Below are positions 25,108-36,777 of a stretch of 64,000 bases of DNA, piece by piece (the first letter of the stretch is position 1; every line of letters starts with the position of its first letter). The notes under the pieces were generated by a model. It was not told the origin of the DNA. It saw nothing but the letters and a program-made list of their open reading frames with translations, and did not search any database. The translations under genes were made by a program, and so were the position numbers. Origin of the DNA: Chrysemys picta bellii (taxonomy: Eukaryota); contig NC_088794.1 in assembly GCF_011386835.1 (NCBI RefSeq), forward strand, positions 4,774,001 through 4,838,000, given 5' to 3'.

Positions 25108-25516
25108 GACTTACAAGGAGAGGCTGAGGGAACTGGGGTTATTTAGTCTGCAGAAGAGAAGAGTGAGCGGGGTTTGACAGCAGCCTTCAACTACCTGAAG
25201 GGGGGTTCCAAACAGGATGGAGCTCGGCTGTTCTCAGTGGTGGCAGATGACAGAACAAGGAGCAATGGTCTCAAGTTGCAGTGGGGGAGGTCTAGGTTGG
25301 ATATTAGGAAACACTATTTCACTAGGAGGGTGGTGAAGCACTGGAATGGGTTCCCTAGGGAGGTGGTGGAATCTCCTTCCTTAGAGGTTTTTAAGGCCCG
25401 GCTTGACAAAGCCCTGGCTGGGATGATTTAGTTGGTGTTGGTCCTGCTTTGAGCAGGGGTGGGACTAGATGACTTCCTGAGGTCTCTTCCAACCCTAATC
25501 TTCTATGATTCTATGA
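25108..25516 (+). mobile_element. Young CR1 LINE, 5'-truncated
   Basis: Encodes the CR1 ORF2 C-terminus (..RTRSNGLKLQWGRSRLDIRKHYFTRRVVKHWNGFPREVVESPSLEVFKARLDKALAGMI*) followed by an ATTCTATG tail. Confidence 0.95.
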
Positions 25517-25519
25517 CAC

Positions 25520-25643
25520 TAGGGTGATCAGACAGCAAATGTGAAAAATCAGGACAGGGGATGGGGGGTAATAGGAGCCTATATAAGAAGAAGACCCAAA
25601 AATCGGGACTGTCACTATAAAATCGGGACATCTGGTCACCCTA
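25520..25643. mobile_element. Short hAT-type MITE inserted at the CR1 tail
   Basis: TIRs TAGGGTGATCAGA / TCTGGTCACCCTA. Perfect 8-bp TSD TATGACAC. Confidence 0.9.
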
Positions 25644-27334
25644 TATGACACTTATGTTATTGGACAAGAGAGATTCCCTATCCCAAAGGGCACCAGCTCT
25701 GATGAGGCCTGAGAACCAGGGGTAGAGGAGGAGTGGGAGGCAGGGTGAAGGAGCTGAGAGGAGAAGACTGAGGATGGACAAGTTAGAGAAAGAGAGAGGG
25801 GTAGGAACATGGGAAAGGGGATGAATGGAAGGAGATGAAATGCTAGATTGTAACCTTACAATTTGCCCTGAGTATGGGTCAGTGGGTAGCTGCACCACCC
25901 AAGGAGATCAGAAACAGTCACAGTTTCTGTTATGCTTCATGGGGGGAGGAATAACTAATCATCCTGGAGCAGCCTACACCCTTACCCACCAGGCAGAGTG
26001 CAGGCAGTCAACTACTCTAGATGGTGAGTAAGGGGGTGGAGCTGGGGTTCCTCCCACTCCTTGTCATCCTCCCCGACCGCTTGCTCCCAGAGGGGTGTAT
26101 TGGGTGAGCAGCCCCTGCCATCTCCATCATGGCCAGAATCCACGATTTGAGCAGCATTGAGCAAGGGGCAAGGGGAGAGGCCTTATTCTCCCTAGCTGAG
26201 GAAGGACTGTGACAATCTAGCTCTGAGAAAGGGGGAAGGGTGAATGGAAATCACGCCATGGAAAGACTTAGGGAAAAGAGACGGGGAGATGTGAAAGGGA
26301 GAGGAGCGAAAGGAGAATAAAATTAATAAATAAAGGAGATGTTGCTGGTTAATATTATTATTCAGCAGAGCGCGTGGAAAGTGATGCACAAATTGCTAAC
26401 CTTCTCTTGAGCCTGTTTACTCCCTACTGAGTTACAGATTGGGAGGTGGAAGGAGGAGAACTCAGTTCCCACTCCACTGCAATCTCATTTCTCATCATGC
26501 TTGTTATCACTGTGAATTATTTGTATTGTTTTTTTCTTTCTTTTATTGTGTTCCAACAATGTCTGGCAGCCTCAGAAAGGTTCAAGAAGGTTGTGACGCT
26601 TCCTTGGGGAATTCAAGCCTGTGAGTCACCCAGTCTCTCCCGTGCATCAGTGAGCAAGGGACTTGCAGGGGCTAAATTATGTGTCAGCTCTCTGACCCGC
26701 CAGTTTGTTAACCCTCCTGCATCCCCCCAACCAATCTCCTCCAAAGGTCAGCCAGCCTCTACTTTGCCTCGCAGGTCACCTCAGTTGCACTCCAATCCTG
26801 AAAGTTCCTTGAAACGTGTTCCCCAGCAGTATCCAGCCCCTAGCCCTCGACTCTCTCAGGGGAGTTGACGGGAGAGTTTCTCCCATTGATCCAGCCTGGT
26901 GTGGACCCCGCGGTAAGTAGATCTAAACTACGTCAACTTGAGTTACGCTACTAACATAACTCAAATTGCGTAGCTTAGCTCGACTTTTCCCCGTAGCGTA
27001 GACCTGCCCGGAAACTGTTTCTCACTTAAAGGCACCTCTCTGTGGCACCAACCCACCTGGCTGGGGATCGACTGTTCATGGACCTCTTTGCCCCCTCAGT
27101 GATGAAGCACAAAATGTCTTTTCCCCTTCTTCTTATAGTCCAGTATGCCTTTGAAATGTATTCTTGTGCCTCCAGAGTTCCTCTGCCCTGCTGGTGTGTG
27201 AATGCCTTGCTGTCTATGCTGGTTTTCTCTCCCTTTTGTTAATGGGCTTTTCCAGTTGATTTCAAATGCAAATATAATTCTCATTGTCTTTGGCTTACCC
27301 TGTTCCATTTACATCGGAGACCTAGGCAGACAGA

Positions 27335-28535
27335 TGTGACCGGATGTCCGGGAGTGGCTCAAAAGTGTAAATACCAACCCAAGGGCAGACTATTAACAAC
27401 CAGGGCGCAAATCCCAAATTGGTTGTGAGTTCTAGACTTAGATTTCACCTACTGATTTGCAAGTGTAAACTCCTCGGGCACTATAACAGCCTTAACATGG
27501 AGTCAAAGACAGTCTCCTTGGGTACTTTATCTATCTTGCCACCCATGTAAGGTTACTTTTGTGATAGATGGTTTCTTATACCAAAGATCTCAGCAATCTT
27601 AATATTTCTCCCAGTCCTAAAGGACCAGTCACTTACCCTAGGTCAATTGCACCTTAGATCTCACACTGAAGACACTTGTAGTCAATCCTATAAGAAACCA
27701 TCTAAAGATTTATTAACTAGGAAAAAAGAAATGAGAGTTATTTACAAGGTTAAAGCTGGTCAACATACACACACAGATGAGTTAATCAGGTTTCGAAAGG
27801 TAATAGAAGCTTCTATAATAAGCAACTGCATGTATCTTTCAGGGCTAAACCAGGCCAAGTACTGGGGATCTTACGCCTAGTAATCTTTGCCCCTCGGAGT
27901 CCAAGCAGAAGAAAAGACAGTTCCTCCTTTTTCGTTGTTTTTTTTTTAAATTATTTTTAAAATTATTATTCTGCTTCAATTGCAAGTGGAGCTGTTGGGA
28001 GCAATTCACTTGCACATCTCCTCTTCAGGGAGTGGGAGGGATCCGTCAATGAAGTCTGTTGTTCTCTGACGTTCCACAACGGTTTGCGGGTGTTGATGGA
28101 TCTCCTTTGTTGGACAGAAGATACCATCTCCTGTTAGAAACAAGGAGTCCGGTGGCACCTTAAAGACTTAACAGATTTATTAGGGCATAAGCTTACCCTA
28201 ATAAATCCGTTCGTCTTTAAGGTGCCACCGGACCCCTCGTTGTTTTTGTGGATACAGACTAACACGGCTACCCCACGATACATGTTAGAAACTGTTAATG
28301 CTTTTCTCCTGTCTGGTGATTTCCTGTTACAAGCACTTAAATATAACCTAATAACATGAGATAGAGGTATTATAAGTGAGAATAATGCTGGCAGAAACTT
28401 ACAAGCATTTCATAGCATCTAAACTCTAAACACATTCCTATAATCCTAATGCCTATTTTAACAATACAAACACGCAGGAGAGCCAGACTGGTCCCAGCTT
28501 TCGCACGAGCTGGCATGTGGTCTGCCAGTGTCACA
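27335..28535. mobile_element. Probable solo LTR (Gypsy-type) carrying a Penelope insertion
   Basis: TGTGAC...GTGTCACA termini and LTR-like composition. No TSD recognised. Confidence 0.5.
28142..28282. mobile_element. Penelope-like 3'-end insertion with an inverted 5' arm (fold-back)
   Basis: GTCCGGTGGCACCTTAAAGAC...TTTATTAGGG is the inverse of CCCTAATAAAT...GTCTTTAAGGTGCCACCGGAC. Ends in GATACAGACTAACACGGCTAC, as at 29773. 10-bp TSD TGTTAGAAAC (28132-28141 / 28283-28292). Confidence 0.85.
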
Positions 28536-29219
28536 AGGTAAACCAACTTATTTATCTTGGATCAACTTGTTTACCAGCGCTGCCTGGTTTCCTCGTTTGA
28601 GCATATTGTTAGTACATATCCATAGCTTTTTAATTGTTACATCACGCAATGAGTATGAAGACCAGTATGATATAAGTTTTCATTTGATGCCTTACACAAT
28701 GTTCTTTATAGATAAATACCATCACAGCAACACATTAGGTGTAGTGAGTTTGTCAGGGCTGACAGGAATTGCTTAACATGACCTTGAGCTCTTTGCCAGT
28801 GGGCACTGAGGGGTTGATAGGGTTACAAAGATACCAGTTTCAGATGTATAAATATACAAATATATGTGATGTGCTTTGCAAGTACGCAATTGTCTGTGGT
28901 GAGAGAGAAATAGGGTGCCTAATCCATCTTCCTCTCCTTTGCCATGGAGTTGGTTTCATTATACAGTTGTAAGTGTGGAGTGCAGGATTTCTGTGGCTGA
29001 ACCAAAGGGAAGTTCACACACCGTGCTGGTTCTCTGCTGTCCTTTATGTGTTCTGTGTGGTCAAAATCAGTTGTCGAGATTGTCACCTGGCTTGTTGTCC
29101 ATGCACCAAGCATGGAAAGAGGCTTTCACTCAGAATGGCCTTTATTTTAGGTTAAGAGAGCAACAACACAAGTTAGAGCAAATGTAAAGTTTCTATGAGA
29201 GCGCAATGTTTGTGGACAC

Positions 29220-29803
29220 TGCCAGCAATGCCCCTCTGCCATGTACATTGGCCAAACCAGACAGTCTCTACGCAAAAGAATAAATGGACACAAATCAGAC
29301 ATCAAGAATTGTAACATTCAAAAACCAGAAGACGAGCACTTCAAGCTCCCTTGAAACTCAATAACATTTAAAAGTCGTCATTCTTCAACAAAAAAACTTC
29401 AAAACCAGACTTCAACAAGAAACTTGCAGAACTGGAAATAATTTGCAAACTTGACACCATCAAATTAAGCCTGAATAATAAAGACTGGGAGTGGCTGGGT
29501 CACTACAAACTTATTTTCCCTCTGTTGATACTCACACCTTCTTGTCAACTGCTGGGAATGGGCTACATCAACCCTAATTGAATTGGCCTCGTTAGCACTG
29601 ACCTCCCCTCTCCGTAAGGCAACTCCCACCTTTTCATGTGCTGTATATTTATACCTGCTTACTGTATTTTCCACGCCATGCATCGGATGAAGTGGGTTAT
29701 AGCCCACGAAAGCTTATGCACAAATAAATTTGTTAGTCTCTAAGGTGCCACAAGGACTCCTTGTTTTTACTGATACAGACTAACACGGCTACTCCTCTGA
29801 GAC
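29220..29803 (+). mobile_element. Penelope-like retroelement 3' fragment (GIY-YIG endonuclease remnant + UTR)
   Basis: Translation from 29220: CQQCPSAMYIGQTRQSLRKRINGHKSDIKNCNIQKP (YIG motif), then a degraded C-terminus and the typical ...TAAGGTGCCACAAGGACTCC...GATACAGACTAACACGGCTAC end. Confidence 0.9.
29676..29730 (+). ncRNA. Degenerate hammerhead-ribozyme-like motif in the Penelope UTR
   Basis: CGGATGA-A-GTGGG-TTATAG-CCCAC-GAAA-GC-TTAT-GC-AC. The core has U4 to G and the cleavage-site U16.1 to A. Confidence 0.65.
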
Positions 29804-30646
29804 CTCTGGGACAGTGACCTGATTACCAAAATGACATCTCGGGGTGGGGAGGCGGGGTGGCATTTTTTGTAAAAGAGAAATGAACAGGAAAAAAAAGTCA
29901 TATCCCACATAACATATTTACACCACATCGCCATGTTTATTATGAGTTCTTGCTTTTAGGTCTACTGGAAAATATTCTAGACTCTGAAGAGCAGGGATTC
30001 AGGGAACATTACAGCTCAGGGGACTGTGAATGGGACATGGATAGAGCTGGACCTGCCTTCAGTTTGCTGGGAAAAAAAATTCCGCTTCACCCCAAACCGA
30101 AAACTGCCGTAAATATTGGTGAATTGAAAAAGGCGACAAAACAAAAATATTCATTTTGGGTTGAATGAATCATTTCAATACCCCTACTTTCAGCGGCGAC
30201 GCGTGAGAGGGGTGAACTGGGTCATGTGCCTTTTTTCACAGCGTCCCACGCAGGCCCACCCACTTTTCCGTCAGTGCCCCACCCCCGATTTTCAAGAGTC
30301 GCTCCTGACCATTTTACCATCTCCTCCTCCGATGTGGCGCCCAATTCTTGCCCCCCCCCAAAATGGATAAAACTATTTGTGGAAAGTTTCACCCTCTTCT
30401 AGCTACATTTTGTGTCTTGGTCACTGCGTCAAGTGATGATGATGAGCAGGGGAGTGCACAAAGGGGGACGAGCAGGGGCATGGGCCCCCCAGAATCTCTG
30501 CCACTGCCTGCAGCTTCTGAACCAGCCCCTACCCCAAGATTGCCTCCCCCAAGCCTGTCCTCCCCCCTTTCTGCCAGGGGGGAAGCCGGGGTGACCATGG
30601 CTGGAGGTGTGCCTGGGAATGGCACTCCAGCTAACACTCCTGCTGA

Positions 30647-30665
30647 GCCCCACTAGATGGCGCCC
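30647..30665 (+). promoter_or_regulatory. Strong CTCF-like motif
   Basis: GCCCCACTAGATGGCGCCC matches CCACYAGRKGGCRC. Confidence 0.55.
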
Positions 30666-31564
30666 AGAACAGGGACGCCGGGCTGGTAGCAGAGTTCTGC
30701 TAGAGGGGGCCCGGGAAGCCCTGTCCCTTTCTTGCCGCAGCCTCCAGTTAGTGTTTGGAGCCTGGGACAATGAGGGGTGGAAGCAGTGGGGTGATGGGGG
30801 GATGGGTGGGGATCCCAGGGAGGCAGCAGGAGCTAAGGGGGGGGGGAGCCAGCAGGGCCTGGGGGCATTGGGTGGGGGGTCAGTCTTTAAAGTGTCCCCC
30901 CCACAATAGTCACATTTAAATCCCACGTATACCCCTGATTATGAGTAGAATGGGTTATGGAGCCTTTCAACTTCAAGGCCCTTTGTGAATCTTGGGGTTA
31001 AAGGGCTAAGGGAGTGGACCGTCCGAACACTAAGCATTGTTGTTCTTAGCCTCAGCAGGCAATGCTAAAGAACTCATAAAGTGCTCTGGTAACTGCTGAC
31101 ACATGCAGTAAAAGTAGGTAGATAGATAGATAGAGGGGGTGTATGGGAATGAATAGATAGATAGATAGATAGATAGATGAATTATATGTGAACCCTTGAG
31201 TGAAATCTCTCTCTATGTATAAAGGGACAATATTAGCAGTGTTATTTTCACTTTGCTGATTTGCTGCTGACATCTATTTATAAATCTATCACATCTATTT
31301 AAGAATGGGTGGATTTGTTTGTAATAAAATAATCTCTCATCCCATATAAACCATATTTGCCTCTTCGCATTCTGACTAACCGGAGGCAGCATTTTCAAAG
31401 GCACCTGCTAATTATGAGTCTCTCTTGGACAGATATGAAAGAGGGGGCCCTAAACGCTTTCTGCCTCACTTGACCCACCTCTGAATGGGAGTAATCATTT
31501 TTGCCTGCCTTATAAGGATGCTGTGAAGGTTCATGAATGTGTTCAGGTCCTTGTATGGCCTCAT

Positions 31565-31790
31565 CACCACAGTACCTCCCATCACCTCACAATCTTTAAT
31601 GTATGTATCCTGACAACATCCCTGATAGGCAGGGCTGCATTATCCCCATTTTACAGATGACAAGCTGAGGCACAGAGAGATATGTCTCTCCTTAGGTGAG
31701 CCTGGGATGTATGCAGTTGAGCCAGGAACCGAGCCCCAAAATCCAAAGTGCTCAGCAAGTGCCCAATCCACTAGACAATCTTGTCCACAC
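31565..31790 (-). mobile_element. MIR SINE
   Basis: TTATCCCCATTTTACAGATGACAAGCTGAGGCACAGAGAG is the reverse MIR core. Confidence 0.75.
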
Positions 31791-31989
31791 ATGGCAAGTG
31801 AGTAACAGTGGTGTAAAACCTGTATGTAAGAGAATGACAACTCAGCCCCTCAATCTATTCAGCAATGCTGTCTTCTCCTTTAAAGTCAGCATGTATGTGT
31901 GTCTCCCAACTGCACAGTCTCTCATTGTCTCCAATACTGACTTTTTAGCTATTGGAGGGATTCCTTCGTGAAGGTACATTACAAATCAT

Positions 31990-32497
31990 ACGTGCTGTCC
32001 AGGCAGCTTTGTAAACAGCTGGTCGCTGGGGTGTATGCTGTAGGGTGGGTGGATTCAATGATACACTCGTGTTCTACATTTCGGATGTCATTCTGCAGCT
32101 CCAACATCATCAATCATTTCTTCTGTGACATCCCCCCGCTGCTGGCGCTCTCCTGCTCTGACACCCGCACCAATGAGATGGTGATGTTTGCTTTCATGTG
32201 CTGCATTGTAGTGAGCAGCCTTGTGACTGTCCTCCTCTCCTATGTCTATATCACCTCCACCATCCTGCAGATCCGCTCCACTGATGGCCGGCGCAAAGCC
32301 TTCTCCGCCTGCACTTCCACTTGACCGCTGTGGTCCTGTTTCATGGCACCCTCCTCTTCATGTATTTACATGCCACCTCCAGCTATTCCATGGACACAGA
32401 CAAAATGGCGTTAGTGTTTTACACGCTGGTGATCCCCATGGTGAAGCCCCTCATCTACAGCCTGAAAAACATGGAGGTGAAGGACGCCTTAAGGAAA
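31990..32497 (+). pseudogene. OR family-5-like pseudogene (TM4-TM7 only), same subfamily as the tandem array
   Basis: [16 protein letters not shown]...[10 protein letters not shown]...KAFS. 1-bp deletion at ~32316 (CACTTCCAC vs CACTTTCCAC). The 5' half is absent, and the 3' end is fused to an LTR fragment after ALRK. Confidence 0.93.
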
Positions 32498-32820
32498 CTT
32501 TCCCCTACACTTCAGTTTAAACACACTGGATTAGATAAAACAATAAAACAAGTTCATTGACTACAAAGATAGATTTTAAATGAGTACAAATAAGGAGGCA
32601 AAGAAGTCAGACATGGTTACAAGAAAAAGAAAGCTAAAATGCAACTTGTGTCTAACTTAACAAAGAATGTGAAATTCAAAGCAAAAGTTTTATCCCCACA
32701 TGTTTTCAGCAGTCTTACTGATCAAACTTCTTAGGTCAGGATCCCTCCCCCAGTCCAAGCACTGCTTCCTTTATCCCTTCACATGCAGTGAATCAACGGG
32801 GAGAGAGAGAGATAGAGGGC
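32498..32820. mobile_element. Internal LTR fragment, same family as 49583-50524
   Basis: AAACACACTGGATT.GATAAAACAA...GACTACAAAGATAGATTTTAA...GAAGTCAGACATGGTTACAA is colinear with 49910-50245. Confidence 0.75.
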
Positions 32821-34679
32821 AGGGGGATAATGCATATTCTCTCTTCCTTAGCTTGACCGGGTTTCTGGGTATGGACAAGGGGTTGCTGTTAGGACAATCT
32901 CTAAGGGACCCCTTTAATGACTTTAGGGGTCGGTAACAGTGTGGCACCCACCTCTCACAATCACCCCTTCTGGTTTTGAATGTCCATAGTCTTTAAACAG
33001 TCCCAGCCCTGGTATCTGGCCATACCCCCAAAGCTTCCTCCCTGGAGGCAACAGTTTTGTCTTTTCTGGGTCCTTCTGGCCCTAGCTCTCCAGCTAGGCC
33101 ACTAAGTAGTTTGGATCATTTTAATCCCTTCCTCAGTGGCCTAAGCACTACTCAAGGTCCCAGATCACAGACCCTAAGAATAGCAGCCACACATCACTGT
33201 GTCCCCTTAACTAAACTGCTTTCAGCTCCCTTGGGCTACTGCCACATAGCCCAGCCTTGACTAATGCTTCACCTTTACATGAGGGCAAATGTACGTTCAG
33301 GCCCAGCAGCCAGCCAGGAGCGCTTTCTCATTCCCCCAGTCCCTGCCAGTTCTGAGCTGTCCATGGTGCTTCAGTTTCCTTTAGCCAGCCAGGAGTTCAG
33401 CAGAGCTACAGTGATTGACACCGGTGAGGGATCTGGGCCATTGACTTCTAAGAAGCTATGCCAATTTACACCATTTGGGGATTGGTTCATTGACTTCATT
33501 TAAGTGACACAGATTTTCCATAGATTCATGACTTCTAGTCTGACCATTGGCTAACACAGGACATGGAACCTCAACCACTAACTAAAACTATTACATCTCT
33601 TTTAGAGAGCTACCTAGTCTTGATTTCAAGATGTCAAGTGATTGTGTCTTGGTACGTTGTCCCATTCACGATTCCATACGTGCTCAGATTCAGACCAGTT
33701 GAAGATCTGGCCCTTTGGCTTCAATGGAGCTAGGCTGATTTATACCATCTGTGAATCTGTCCCAATGACTCCCAGGGAGAGACATCCATTTACACCGGCA
33801 GGGGATGTGGTCTAATGGGTCATGTCCATGTTATGGTTACCTCTTTAAGCAAGTCTAGCAATATCCACCCGACCTAGGCACAGTGCAGAGAAGCCCTGAG
33901 CATCCTCATGGGCACAAGTTGAGGAATGTAGGACTTATGATGCCCAGTCCGCCTGTGTGATGTCACTAGAAGGCAGGGGCGTATGCACATTCTCTCTTCC
34001 CAAGCTTCACCAGGTTGCTGGGCAGGGACAAGAGGCTGCCACTAGGAACATATCCATGCAGGAGATTGTGCAGGAAGGGCTCATCCATATTTCAGAAGGA
34101 ACCAAGTCCTGAGACCTGTAGGAAGAGAATGGATATTTTCAGTGCATAGGAACTGTTAGTGTTCCAACTTGGTCATTTCACAAGATGAAATCCCTGGCCA
34201 TTCATTTTTATTCTTGAATTGCTCTTTTCCCATGAAGTAAAAGGCATTTGCATAGAGAGTTGAAGGCTACTCTTTGCGTTTGAAACCATAAAAATCAAGA
34301 TTTTCATCTCATCTGTCAAAACCTGCAAAACCATCATCCAACACACCATTTTTATAATAGTGATTCCATTCAGAAGGGTCATTTCCATAGATCCTTCTAA
34401 GGTGTGTGCCTGGGTGTTCGCGCACAAGGTTGTGAAGGGCCATTCCCCTAATTAGGTGCCTCGTCCCTGGGGAGAATGCACGCGTCAGATGAGGCGGTGG
34501 CCTTGGAAGGAATAGGGAGTAGTGGGGTGAGATAGGGAGTGAGGGGAAATTGGGACGTGCAGGGCTGCGCCGGCTGGAAAGAGACGTGACTCTGTTCAAC
34601 TCCAGGGCTGTGACTGCCGGGGACAGATGTCCCTCCTTCCCAGCCTCAGCTCAGTGGCTGCGGTGCAGGACAGAGACAG

Positions 34680-34767
34680 CTCTCCCCAAACAAATGCTAG
34701 AAAATAATGGAAATCACCTCTCCTGACAAGTGATTTCCATTAAGTTTTAGCATTTGTTTGGGGAGAG
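34680..34767. other. Near-perfect 88-nt inverted repeat / hairpin
   Basis: Arm CTCTCCCCAAACAAATGCTAGAAAATAATGGAAATCAC, 12-nt loop, arm GTGATTTCCATTAAGTTTTAGCATTTGTTTGGGGAGAG. Confidence 0.85.
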
Positions 34768-36101
34768 ATATTGGAAACCATTAAGGCCAGAGCTTTGCTA
34801 TCTGGTATAGTTTTGGTTCTTCAAAGTACTCCCATTGACTCATAGGTAGCAAGCAGCACTAGGTTTGGTGGGGGTACTAGGTGTTTTGTAGAATAAAGAC
34901 CTTATTTGCAAGCTCTGTGAAATAGGGATCACTCTGCAAACACAAAAACTATGTGTTAATGTCCCGCACAGCATGTAAAAAAGTAATGAGTCAGTCTACT
35001 CCAAGTTTTTAACTTGGTGACACTTACAATGTGAAACCAGGAGAACTTTGCCTGTTTCTACAGGGCTCTTTTGTGTTAGCACTGCATGGGTCCTAAACAC
35101 TCATTTAAAATACCCATCACCAACCACTTGATGTTTTACTTCCCTTCATATTTTCAGTGTTGTCACTTGTTTGTGTGTAGCTTTGTTTTGCTATCTGTGT
35201 CGCTTTATTACTTATTTTTACCGTTCTCTGTGTGTGAAGTATTAATCAAATTAAGAGTTGAGATTCCAGAGAAATTGTATAATCCCGAGTGAATGCCTTT
35301 TACTCTCCTTTCCAGTATCAGAAACTATTGTATTAATATTTGCAGTGAGAGCATTTCTAGTTGACTCATAAATTTATTTAGCATCTTAAAGCTGAGCTCT
35401 GTTTGCAGATAATATGCATGCAAGGGGGATGGTTTTGTGAACGGCAGAAGTCCGTAGCATGCTAGTGTTTTGGCAGATGCTTCATTTTTCGAGAGCAGCT
35501 TTACCTGAAGATTTAGTGGACTATGGTAGGAGTAGGTTATATAATTGGCCTCTGGTGAATATTTTTTATGTTTTCATATAATGATCACAATGACTTTGTT
35601 TTATTTATAATGCTGTTTTCAGTACGCCACATTTTGCTGCGTTTACTAGCTTGAGTTGTTAGAAAGGATGATAAAAGACATGTACTCCAAGGGCAGTGTT
35701 AATTTTCTTTTTATTTGATTTCATATTAAATACGCATCTTAAGCAGTGCACCTTGTTAATTATTTAATATTCTTTCTTCTTCTTCCTACATAGCTATGAA
35801 CTTTTAAAAATATATATTATATCTAGGTTTTGTATGGACAACAAATGACTTAGATATTGGTGCTGCACATAAAAACATTCCATCTGCACATGGATAGAAA
35901 AAATTAGGGGGAAAATTGGTCATTTCCAGCTTTACAGAGAAACACCAAATTAACAATGGAGGGCAGATGGCTGTGGTCTCCTCCTGAGCTGCTCTGGTCA
36001 TATTGTGGTCTCTATCAAGAACAATGCATGAATCTATCCTTCCTACTTTGGAGAGTAACCCAGCAAGGGAAGGACATAGGATACCATGGTGATTAGGATC
36101 C

Positions 36102-36153
<52 letters not shown>
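36102..36153 (+). repeat. (GATA)13 microsatellite
   Basis: Direct reading. The orthologous site is shorter or interrupted at ~41556, ~51615 and ~56880. Confidence 0.95.
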
Positions 36154-36155
<2 letters not shown>

Positions 36156-36761
36156 CTATCTTACATGTCTAACAGGTTTTACATTTCACCTATTGGGGTC
36201 AGGACAATAATGTGATTCTGAAACAATTAGTACGTTTCAGCTGTATCTAATGTTATGTTCCTTTGATTCCAAACTTGTTGTAAGGCTGGTAGAAAATTTT
36301 TCTTGAGAAGTTTTTTTGATAGGAAATTGGATTTTCAATTCAACTATTTTTTCCATGAAATTATCTTTTCCCTGGAAATTATAAGATTTCCATCAAAAAG
36401 GCCAAACATCCCTCCTCCCCAAACCATGGCTGTGGGACTCTGGTGAAGTCCCAGGGCAGTTCAGCAGGAGGAGAGACCATCATACATCATGGGGGATATA
36501 GTCCAGCCTGGGAGCCTTGAACATGGAAGAGATTGGTGCTGTGTGGTATTGGATGCAAACCCCGTGGTATTTCCAAGCCGAAATGTTAAGTTTTCAGCCA
36601 AAAGCTTTCAGTCTCCACAAACAAACCCCCTTTGTGGATCAGCTCTACACAGTACCCAACTTGCACTGAAAACAGCAGGATGAAATCTACCCCTAACCTC
36701 ATACTCCGTAACTCTGGTAGAAATTGCATCATTTCATAACACAGAAGGAAAGAGTGGGCGA

Positions 36762-36777
36762 AATTAATCCCCAGGGC
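36762..36777 (+). promoter_or_regulatory. Homeodomain + O/E composite motif (also at 42165, 52247, 57513, 63379)
   Basis: AATTAATCCCC(A/G)GGG(C/T) is present in all five cassettes; TCCCNNGGG is the EBF/Olf-1 (O/E) core and it abuts a TAAT/ATTA site. Confidence 0.6.

Noticed and set aside
30348-30926. Cluster of overlapping 80-165 aa ORFs
   Set aside because: They are low-complexity Pro/Gly-rich translations of GC-rich MITE-like DNA on both strands, with no domain recognised.
32940-33246. TGTGGCA...TGCCACA-bounded 307-bp element
   Set aside because: No TSD and no second copy in the window, so support is insufficient for a feature call.
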